A stretch of 64,000 nucleotides of DNA from Lytechinus pictus (Eukaryota), in assembly GCF_037042905.1 (NCBI RefSeq), contig NC_087246.1, forward strand, positions 15,376,001 to 15,440,000, in the 5' to 3' direction. The notes under the pieces were generated by a model. It had not been told where the DNA came from. It did not search any database and worked only from the letters and a program-made list of their open reading frames with translations. Positions 46,169-57,469 of this stretch are shown one piece after another (position 1 is the stretch's first letter; the number at the start of each line of letters is the position of its first letter). The position numbers and the translations under genes were made by a program.

Positions 46169-49100
46169 TCACACAATCTGAATTTGGCCATTGTCCAGCT
46201 GATTGTTCATACTCTCTAACTCCTCCAGCCCTTTGGTCTGGCTCTTGGTCTTGTGCGAGACCAACCTCCGGTAAAAATGGAATGCGAAGAGGACGAGAAT
46301 GACCAGGACAGGAGCTGTGATGACGGTGGCTGCGATAGCTGCACTGTCATACTGAGCCATGCCAAACTTGACCCATGCAAGCAGGATAATCTCCACAAGG
46401 AAGAGGAAGATGCCCAAGACTGTGGAAAAGATCCATGACATTTCTATGTAGAAAGCAAGGCTGTTGTGTGGGGATTCCTGGACTGCGTTCACATTGTGCA
46501 CATTACTGACTGCTTCAATGTTCGGAAGTATGCAGGTACTGATGAGAAGCGCTGCCATGTGAACAACTACCAGGATCGTTGTGTTAATACTAAATGCTAT
46601 CATGAGGGGGTCATAAGCATTGTTCTGTTTATTCTCTGATAACTGTACTTCCACCATGGCAACCTGAAAAATGATAAAATTCCATTTAAAAATTGTCTTT
46701 TGCTTGTACTACTAGGCCATCCCTACAACTCAGCCTAAACGATTAGAAATCTAACTACATGTAAAAGAAAAGCTTTTAAACCTGGGAAATCCAACCCAAA
46801 TAAAAAGTTGTTTCTAGAGGAAAGAGAAAAATCATACAAGAAGATAGGTGAAAATTTGAAGTTTTATCAGACCAACAATAAGGAAGTCATGAATTTTTAA
46901 TGTTGGAAATACCCATGGGGACTTCAAATTGGCCTCATTTGTGATGTCATAGTGATACAAAGCAAGAGCTACTCTTCCATTTACTCCAATGGCTAAAATA
47001 TGAATTATTTTTCAAAAGTTTTTTTACCCCTTTAAATATATATTTTCTTTCAATGAATCCACTGTTAAAAAACGGTGGATAAAATGGCGTATTTAACCAT
47101 GGCAATAGGTGTCAATTTTGTGCACTGTGACAAAAGCCCATAAAATAATTACAATAATGATTATTTATAATCAAGTTTTAAATTTTATTATTTGTTAAAT
47201 AATTTTTATCTTGGGTCTATAGATTGTTCTTCAAATTGGCATTTTGTAACATTGCTTTTCGAAGCTACGTAGGGGAGACCGGGGTTAGTTGGAACGCGGG
47301 GTAAGTTGAAACTTGAAACATAGTAATTTTCTTTAACGTCTTTAAATAAATTTCTGCAATACTGCCCTCAATTTATTGTCATTATCAACAGCCATCCACC
47401 ATATTACAGGCAACACATGTGCAACAAGCCTGGTGAAGTTAGAAAGGAAGTTGTTTTTTTGACCTTCTGAGTAATTTTTTTCTCTTTCAGAAATGTTTTA
47501 TTATCTCAGAGAAGTTTACAGATCAAGTTGGCCAGTTTGGGGGTATAAAAGACACTTGTACCAAGCTACAAAATGAGGTTATTAATATGCCATGGTGAAG
47601 TCCCTTTTTGTGCTGTAAGCTTATAAACGTCAAATGGGCCTCTGGGGTTAGTTGGAACAAAATTGAAGGGGCTAGTTGGAACATGTTCCAACTTGCCCCA
47701 AACATAATTATGAATAAAAAAACATTGGATATGAGAAAAAAATATATAAGTATTTCACACTCTTCTGAACGTGTATTGTATACCATGCTTGTTTTGTTTA
47801 TCAGTTAGGTCTGAGTGTGCATTTAAGGCTTATTGTAGCCTTGTAGGCCCCTAATGCAATATTAACCCTCATCAAACTGGGGGGGTCAATTTGAGCCCCC
47901 CCCCCCTCGAGAAATTTCGTCACTACGCCGTCGCGCAAATTTTTTTGACTACACTGCTCGCTGACTTTTTTCTTTCAAGTCTTGCGCATCATTTGAGACC
48001 AAATTTGCGATTCCTGGGTGCGCGGTTTTGAAATTGCGCAACATTTTGTACGTGCATGTCGGACCCAATATTGCTCAAAAACGTTATTCCATGTACAAGG
48101 TCAATGCAAATGTATGATTATTTTTTACTTTTGTTGGTTCAAATAGATTTATTTTATGCTATTTATGATCGCAAAAGAGTCCCGACAAAGTTCATCGGAA
48201 AAAAACCAAGGCTCGAAAAAACAAAGAAATACAAATAAAAAAAACAAATACATAAGAAATTATATTTTTTGCAATTTTTGGTGGATATTTGTTATAAATG
48301 TGAAAATTGATACTCTCACCAAAAATTAGAATTCTACTAGCTTAATAACTAGAGTTAAAGGCAAAAACATTTAAAAAAAAAAAAAATTTAGGGCAAATTT
48401 CATATGCTTATTTGCATAATTAATTAATGAAAAAAAATATAAACAATTAAGTTTTGTCTTGTAAATTTGACGCAGAAGTACATGAAATTGCTGATAGTAC
48501 ACTTAATAGCGTTTAAAATCAAACGCATCCAAATATGCGGAAATCTACTACACAGTCTGCTTGCATGAGTGGCTGTATAATAGAAAACAAAGTTCAACAA
48601 ATCCACACTTTAAATATTTTGAACTTGAAAAAAATAAAGCAAATAGGCTAAAATCATGTAATATTACAATTTTAAGTATTTTTAGTATAATTCTTAATTG
48701 ACCATGCAGTGTTCCAACTTACCCCATACCATGTTCCAACTTATCCCGTTTTGGGGTAAGTTGCGATATTTGCGATGGTCTTGTTCAAGGTGGATTTTTT
48801 TTCAGTAACCATAATAGAGTTAAAATTTTATGGGGTACATTTGAAGCCCTTAGATACGGTATATGCTTCAAGCTGATATATTGTTTTCCTAATAAAATCT
48901 ATTTGGATTTTACAGCCATTTTTGTCAAAAATGTTCCAACTAACCCCGGTCTCCCCTACATGCACGTCATAACGAAGTGGTTCAAGCCTATGTGCGGCAC
49001 GTATACGAATGGATCAAGGGATCTACACAAGATTGGTCTGGTAAGAAACCTCTCATGTTGAACCATTTTGTTAAGATATTTTTGCACCTTCATACGCATT

Positions 49101-52100
49101 AGGCGTATGAAGGTGTATAGATATTAAAATGATAGAAATTTACATGATTTCTATCTTCAAAGATGGATTTCCTAGGGAAAGCCATCTTTGTTTACATGTG
49201 TCTCTTATAATGCCTATGGAAGGGGGTTCAAGGCTTCGTGATTAAGAAGGATAATATGTCAAAGTATTAAAAATGTCATCACGAAGTCCTCAAGGCTAGG
49301 TGGACTTGACCTTTAAAGAGAAATGCCAGTAGTTGCAGTAAACACTGATTTCATGAGAAAGTCTGTAAACCAGGCTTAATTGTCAGTATATCGATGATCT
49401 AGTCTCTAGATCTGGTACAGTTACATACACTGAACTTTGTGAAATCTTGAAATCTACGCTGAAAAATGTTCACACTGAAAATCACCAACACAGATAAGCG
49501 CACGTGGGACAGTGTATTATTATTGCCTTGAATGTCGGCCCGACGCTTGACCAGAATCCTGTGCTTTTTTGCTGATTTCTCAGCAATTACACAATTTCTT
49601 CCAGCATTCTTTGGCACATATGTTTTATTCATATAAACAGACACTTTGGTGGTCATTTCATTGGATTCTGTACGAACTCATTTTGATATCGTTACCACAA
49701 CTGGCATTTACCTTTAACTTAGACTTAGTTGATCAAGATCGAGAGCTTTTTTTCTTTTATTTTAATGACCAAAAATGCTATTCAATAAAGCAAAATTTTT
49801 CCCTGATTAACCAAATAGTACGAAGCCCCAAACCAAAACATTTTTGACAACGAAAAAAAAAAATTATTACGTAAGTACGTAGCATTATTACGTACGTACG
49901 TAGTATACGTAGTATTTATTACGTACGTACGTAACAAGCACCGTCGTCGAACCTTCTTGACAGAATGACAGTCGGACTAGAGTTTGACTACTTGGATGTC
50001 AATCTTTCAATTTCCACGCCTTTTGTGACTACATTAGATCTGCTGGACACTAGTTAAGGGGGGGGGGGGGGGTCACCCCTCCCATAATAGTGTTGGCATT
50101 ATAATATTTATACATTTTGTGATCGAGCTTAGTCTGTTTGTGGAGTAGAAAGAATAACAAAATTAGCATAATGTACGTTCAAAGAAGCATTGTCATTATC
50201 AACCACTTCCTAAATTTTTTTTTTAAGTGCAAGGGTCAGCATAGGCGGATCCAGGAGAAAGGGCAGCGCCCCCCCCCCCCCTTCCCCCTATTGGCGGCTT
50301 CAAAAAAAAACTTTGGGGAAAGAAAGAAAAAAAAAAGGTATTAAAGGAGAGGGTAAAAAGGAAAAATAAGAATATGATGAAGACGGGTCACGAGTGAAAA
50401 ATGACGGGGGGGTCGAAGACTTTGAAAAAAATCTTTCATGTCAATTAATAAAAGTTGATATGGAGCTAAAAAATATTCAATTTTAAGTCAATACACAAAA
50501 CATATTCCATTTCAGACATAGAGCTTTCATTATTTTGTCTGATGTGCACTCGCATTATTTGAAACGTGTAGTATAGGTCCTTCGTGTATTCAAAAAAGTT
50601 CTCAAGATGTCCCTTTTGTTCAGGTCTGATCAAGCTGATTGTAAAAAATTATCAGCTAGCACTGCGCGCTCGCATTTAGGTTAGTGAGAATACTTCTGTA
50701 TGAATTCCTAAATTTCGCGTTCTCATTCGGCCTATTTTTAAATAACAAATTTCCTTTTTATGAATTCACAATCTCATTGTCCCTTTTTTCAGATCGGAAA
50801 TCAACAATATTTTCAGCTCTCAGGTAGAGGAACTAAAATAGTTATCCTTTTCATATGACAAAATGTGCTAGAATCCGTTCCTATAGGTAAAAAAAATATA
50901 TATATATACATACATATCATATTTTACAAAACTGACATCATCAGCCCACCGAATGAATATTCATAAAGACATGCCTAGAACTGTTTCAACAAAATAATGC
51001 AATTCTTTAAAATTCAATAACTTTGTTATTTGTCATCCGATTTTAATCAAATTTTCAGCATTTTGCTATGTGAATTGTACTCTACATGTATTTCTTAAGA
51101 TAGAAATATCTCCAGCCTGGACCATCCCTTTAAGTCTTTTGTTAACCGTGCGATAACTTCTGTGGGAAACCGGTGAAAACACGTACTTTATATTTAATGA
51201 AATTATGGAAATACAAGCATTGTTTCGAGGGAACAGAACTTTTTTAATTCTTGACCGTTTTCTGTGATTAAGGTATCAAATGAAAGAGCAGATATTGAAG
51301 TTTTAAGGTATGTGATTTTCTTTTTGAAATTCAGATACCCCCGCCAAATGAGTTTTTGCACTTTTTGGTATCCTTTCTTCAAATTGTTTTTGCTCACTCA
51401 TGCCCGAATGAGGAATAATCTAAGTAGGATGGGGGGGGGGTTGGGTGTCCGGACACGTAACAGAAATGAAGCCTTGTTTTTATCTCAGGAATAAACCAAA
51501 AATATAGGTTGAATAGTTTTTTTCACCATCAATATTTGTTCTTTATAATATTTTCTTATATTCTGTGCTAAAAAGAATTAAAGACATTGCTTGTAAACTT
51601 TTCAAAATTGAGAGTAAAAGTCATGTGTCCAGACACCCAACCCGTCCGGACACACAACCACTGGGTATATGGTACATGTAATTTCAGATGAAAGATGAGA
51701 TTCTAAGCTTTACAATGGTAGGTCATTTGTCTATTGTATTTGTGATTAAGTTATGATAAATCATCGCTAAATCTCGGTTTCGTTTTGTGGGATGCACTGT
51801 ATAGTCCGACTATACAGGTTCCCCGACAGGTTCGACGCGGTGCTTATTACGTACGTATGTAATAAATACTACGTACGTACGTAATAATACTACGTACGTA
51901 CGTAATAATACTATGGTAGGGGGTCCTAATGCTGCGCGGGTCCTAAAGCTACGCACCACTCATCGCGCATGCAGTTTTTATGGCAAATGCGCACTCTGTG
52001 TGTGGAACTGTGACTGCAGAGTGACGAACAATTCCTATTAAATTTTTTCTACAGAGGCTGCAGTAAATCTCTAAATGCAGAGAAAACCCACACCTGTTTA

Positions 52101-53621
52101 GAATTTTGGAGTTATATTCGCTTAAATTTCATTTTACCCTATAATAATATGAATATATTTTAGAAATTGAGGCACAGGAAATACTATTTTTTGCATGATA
52201 AATCGAGTGCGTAGCCTTAGGACCCCTTCTACATCGGGTGGCGAAATCAAGAGGTGTTCGGAAAACACGGCGGGATTTTCGTATTAGTGAGTTTTGCGAT
52301 ATTTTCTTTTTGGTTAATGATCTTTAGAATGTTTGCTACAAATTAGTGAAAGACATTTGTTGAAATATTAAAATTGGGATAGTTCTTATTGTTTGAAAAC
52401 AAAGTGCGTAGCTTTAGGTCCCCCCTAACCCAGGTGGCAGTTTCCTGACATCTGGGCACAAACTGGAACCTCAAAAAAACGAAAAGTTCTCTCCTTCTAC
52501 CCCAGTCTCGATCGGCCATTTTGTTACAATTCATAACAAAAATGGCCGATCGAGACGGGGGTAGAAGGAGAGAACTTTTCGTCTTTTGTGGTTCCAGTCT
52601 GTGCCCAGATGTCAGGAAACTGCCACTCGTTAGACCTTCATCCATATAATCCGTGGTAAGTGCATAATTTCTGTTTTCACAATTCATTTGGAGAAATATT
52701 TAGACCATAAATCACCCTAGTCCCGTGAGTATGGTAAAATACACGGTAAGCTCCTGGGCTCCGGCCCGCACAGCGGGCCGGAGCTCCCTGGGTTAGGTCC
52801 CCCAGGCATCTAACCCAGAGAGCTCCCGCCCGCGCAGCGGGCGGGAGCCCAGAAGCTTACCGTGTATTTTACCATTGTCACCGGACTAGGGTGATTTATG
52901 GTCTAAATATTTCTCCAAATGAATTGTGAAAACAGAAAGTATACAATTACCACGATTATATGGATGAAGGTCTAACGAGTGGTAGATTCCTGACATCTGG
53001 AACTTCAAAAAAACGAAAAGTTCTCTCCTTCTACCCCGTCTCGATCGGCCATTTTTGTTAAAAATCGTAACAAAATGGCCGATCGAGACTGGGTAGGAGA
53101 GAACTTTTCGTTTTTTTGAGGTTCCAGACTGTGCCCAGATGTCAGGAATCTGCCACTCGTTAGACCTTCATCCATATAATCGTGGTAATTGTATACTTTC
53201 CGTTTTCACAATTCATTTGGAGAAATATTTAGACCATAAATCACCCTAGTCCGGTGACAATGGTAAAATACACGGTAAGCTTCTGGGCTCCCGCCCGCTG
53301 CGCGGGCGGGAGCTCTCTGGGTTACCAGGCATCATACGTACGTACGTAAATAATTTTTTTTTTTTCGTTGTCAAAAATGTCCGGTTTGGGGCTTCGTGAA
53401 ATAAAAAATAGGCACCATTTCAAAAAAGACAAAAGAAACAAACAAAAACAAAAATACATTTCATCTGTTTCATGGCTTTGGATTTCGAGGGAGAGGAATG
53501 AAGATAATACCATGGCGAAACCTGCCAGCAGCGCAGACGTTCTGCTGGAAGCCTTCAGCTTGGCTCGACTCAGGTAGAGCTTGCGCCAGTTGAGCGCCTG
53601 GGCGGAGTGCTGGTTCGACAT
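46169..53621 (-). CDS. ORAI: ORAI calcium release-activated calcium channel subunit, 2 coding exons (53621-53511, 46663-46169), 201 aa from the first AUG
   Basis: [30 protein letters not shown]|VAMVEVQL contains the selectivity-filter Glu; four TM segments; FLVEII in TM3; C-terminal LEELESM helix. The true start may lie further upstream (see findings). Confidence 0.95.
47268..48960. mobile_element. Non-autonomous TIR element (Tc1/pogo-like) carrying a truncated piggyBac-like insert from about 47866
   Basis: 27-bp TIR GTAGGGGAGACCGGGGTTAGTTGGAAC; internal TTAA|CCCT start with no matching right end. Confidence 0.75.
49317..49713. mobile_element. Kolobok-like MITE
   Basis: TTAA on both flanks; TIR AG..AAATGCCAGT. 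Confidence 0.75.
52426..52795. mobile_element. Foldback MITE copy A (left arm internally deleted), AcademH-like
   Basis: TAACCCAG...CTGGGTTA; flanks GGTCCCCCC / GGTCCCCCA. Confidence 0.75.
52811..53324. mobile_element. Foldback MITE copy B (complete), AcademH-like
   Basis: Almost fully palindromic 514 bp with TA...TA termini and a perfect 9-bp TSD CCAGGCATC (52802-52810, 53325-53333). Confidence 0.85.
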
Positions 53622-53992
53622 CTCCTTCACGTAGGATTGATAAATCCAATCCGAGTAACTAGCGTCTTGCGTTTGGGGCTGAATTTTGACTGATTTACTT
53701 CACGTCTCCCGATTAGAATCTGTTGTTCAAACAACCACACTGATCATAGAACGCCTCCTGTCAAGTTGACCTCTGATCGTCGAAGAATTTACATGCGATT
53801 CAACATTATTAACGATGATTTCTGGGTGATCTCAGGATAACACATGCACACAGTCACACCGCAGCGATACATGTTTATGCTAGCCTCGTTTCAAAATTCA
53901 ATTAATTTTATCTTGATAAGATCAGATCTAGGAGCGATGAAAGGAATCTGGGACCCCACCATTACCAAGAAAGCTCCCTTTTCCCCTTCAAT

Positions 53993-54249
53993 CACTGGCG
54001 GATCCAGGGGGGGGCACAGCGGGCACGTGCCCCCCCCCCCCCCTTTGAGAAGAAAAATTAAAATTTGTAATGTAAAAATGCCATTAAAACAGAGGTGTGC
54101 CCCCTCTAATTTTGAAATTGAAGACCTTTTTTTTTGTCAATTTTTTTTCGGGTACGAAATATCCTTAATTTGTGGTTGAAGTTTTTTGTTTTTTTCCGTG
54201 TCAAAATTTGCCCCCCCCCCCTTTTTGGAAAATCCTGGATCTGCCCCTG
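53993..54249. mobile_element. hAT MITE upstream of ORAI
   Basis: TIR similar to CAGTGGCGGATCCAGG; perfect 8-bp TSD CCTTCAAT. Confidence 0.85.
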
Positions 54250-56707
54250 CCTTCAATCTCCCACCAGCTATACTACATACGGTGTACAATCTTATAAATC
54301 ATCAATCCATAGAAGTGTCAATATTCAATCACATTCTCATCTTCTCTCCCACTAAAAGTTACAGCTAACGTTACTCTCCCAGCTTTTCTCTCTCTCCTTT
54401 TTTTCTTTCTCTCTCTCTGTCACACTTACTTTTCTTCTTCTATTCTTCAGTTTTCCTCAATCACAATCAACATTACATTGATTTAAAAAGAAAAATAAAA
54501 CACGACGGTTTATTTGTGGGGTGTGACACAAAACAGATTTGATTGTGTGAAGGGGGGGGGGGCACTCAACCCAAATGGTGCCCAAGAAGTGTTTTATATT
54601 ACATTTTAAGGTTAATCAAATTACCATCTTATTGTTCAGCCACCACCAACACCCCCCCCCCCCGGCCTTTTCCCTCAATCATTTGCACAGCACAGTATGC
54701 CTACAGTCCATTCTGCACTATATTCTAAAACTACATTTACCCTTTTTTGTATTACTGTAGGAGTTGTTAAGTAGTTCTGGCGGGGCCTGTTTCACAAAGG
54801 TTTTGATTATGGTAACTACCATGGTAACACTAACAAGACTCAGCAGCCAATCAAAGTCAAAGTTTCCATGATAATTACCAAAACAATTAATCTCTATAAA
54901 ATGGCCAGGCTCCTGTTGTGGATAGTTGACTAAAAATGTCAATGTCATCATGCAATGATATCAGACAACATTGCCCCCCCCAACAAAAAAAAAATGGTGA
55001 GCATTTCAATAATAATTAATGACATGACACAAAACAGGATAAACTGTAGGTTTCAGCTTTAAAATTTGTTTAATACATGTCATTGAAAAAAATAAAGCAC
55101 ATATCTTCAATGGGTATATATCAATCATGTAATTAGAAATAAAATCATATTCAGCTCATGATGACACTAATAAACTTGTCTTCTGATAAACACAGACAAG
55201 GAATTTTGCTAAAAATCTGAGCCATGTTTTAAAGCAGGGATTCTGCTACAGATCATAGCTAAATTCCATCATGTTTTATCAGAGAGTAAAACATGAGGAT
55301 TAGTCATGAAATGTGACACGTGGGATTCCTGCATGGGAGTTTAGACAAATTCTTTTATTTAGTTATATGTGCCCATGCAAGTCTAAATATTTGTATTTGT
55401 ATATCAGGAGTCTCAATACTAAATATCATTATCATTAGCAAATCACGCTAAATCAGTCATTCATATTGAACTTAATATAATAAATGAATAAAGAAATAGA
55501 CAGAAAAATATTTTCCACCACTGGCAGTCCTAACTCATATGCATATCAAGCAATCTTTACAGTGGAAACTGCAACATTAAAAAAAACATTTGATTGGGAC
55601 TTTAAACTTGTCTTTATTGTTGTATATCAGTTAAGTTACAATTAACCACTACAGGTCATGAAGAATTGGAATTCCCTTTATAATAACTGCAGGCTGCAGT
55701 ATAAAGAGAAATTGAAGGGAAAAAGGGGGACTATTTCATAAAACTTGTTATAAAAGCAAATTCGAATGAACAATTTATATCTACTGAAATCATTCAATTT
55801 GATTGGCTGATAGTAGAGTTGTTATAGAAATTGTACATTTGTTATTATAATAAGTCGAAATGGGACCCATGTCTGTATTTTTTATACTATAGAGAATGTC
55901 TTTCTGGTGAATGGCTGAAATAGCCTGAATAAAAACCAATCTTTTGTTAGCCAGGTGGGCTGATATTTCCTGATGTAATTCTCTTTTTTTCTCTCTCTCT
56001 CAGTCTGGATATAACTTTATTTTATTAAATTAAACATCATGACTCCACTGAAATTTTTGTTGGCATGCTTTTCATGGTTATCCTGCTTACTATGTAGCAT
56101 GACCTAATAATATATCATTCATGATCACTATATAGCGCATATTCAACCATCACGATAAGATATCAATCTATCAATCAAAATATAATGAGTTGAACCAAAA
56201 TTATTAAAATTTAATCAAACTGGGATTTAAAAAATATGTTAAACGTATTCTGTCATTCATAAATTACTGATAAAGAATGGAAGGTGAAGATCAATAGTGA
56301 TTAATCAATTCGAATTAAGTTCAATACCTTACAAGTCTGGGCCCTACTACAGTCATTTAGGCACATATATTTACCTTCATCAGAGGAACATAATCTGCAC
56401 ACACAGGTCAACATATTGCAATCCCTCTAAAAAGGTGGATATAGAGCCAGTTCCTGATTGCAGGTCCTTGAAAGGGGGAGTCACCTTCCCATGAAAATAC
56501 GAGTTTGAATTGTGCTCAGGATTTGTGCTTTCCTGGACATAATCATGAAGATCACGTTGGTTATTTATAATATAGTCTTCTAATAAAAAGAAAAGTGGTT
56601 CTTGTCACTTTTTTCTTTATTATTATTATTTGTAAATTTTTATGATTTTATTTGATTTGAAAAAAAATAGCAGATATAATTGAACCAAAAAAAAATATTT
56701 CAAACTA

Positions 56708-57451
56708 CAGTCCGACCTCTCTTATCCGGCCTCCCCTTATCCGGATCTCTCTATTATCCGGACGCACTCTTGCCGAGATTTTTTTTTTTCAATCCAATCT
56801 ATCATGTGAGGAAATGAGATTTCAATCTAAACTCAATCCTATGCGCAAACTCTCTTTGATTACATATATTTTCCAATATAGTCTACCTACAACAACAATA
56901 TTTTTAATGAAAAATTCTTCCCCAAATCACCGAAAGGACTTAGACAGTAAATCAGGGCACATCGCAAATATTTCAGCACGTTTTCTTTTTGTTTCCCGGG
57001 AAAATCAACGCATGTCTCGCTAGCTAACGTTAGGCCTCAATACGGACAGCGCCATCTATCATGTTTGAGCCTACAGTCAGTATAACAATGGCCGACATTG
57101 CGAAGCTGCGATACCCGCTGCGATGATCTAATTGTAAAACTTAGTTTTCATTGAGTCTCTCTCTTTCGTGGTATGCTCGATGTATACCTCAATCATTTTA
57201 GCAGGTAAATTATCCAACAGTTTTGGCCATCGACCGATATAATTTCCGTAAAAAATACCGCCTATAATTTGCACTGACACTGCAGTGAATACTGTCTGTA
57301 TGCCCAATACAATAGATAACATGTAGCTACCGCCGTTGGGCCGGGGAGGCAGTAGCTTCGTGTATTTAATATTGGGTCTCCCAGATCCGGATAAATCCCT
57401 TATCCGGATTGGTGCTGGTCCCAACGTGTCCGGATAAGAGAGGTCGGACTG
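56708..57451. mobile_element. pogo/Tigger-like non-autonomous element just 3' of the RNF25 stop
   Basis: Perfect 22-bp TIR CAGTCCGACCTCTCTTATCCGG with TA TSD. Confidence 0.9.
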
Positions 57452-57469
57452 TATATTAAGAAGTCAATG

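Noticed and set aside
49860-49935. Regular TACG repeats (also 51848-51913) and the 17-bp repeats at 63001-63070 as a CRISPR-like array
   Set aside because: Eukaryotic context and no unique spacers; these are tandem repeats inside TE arms.
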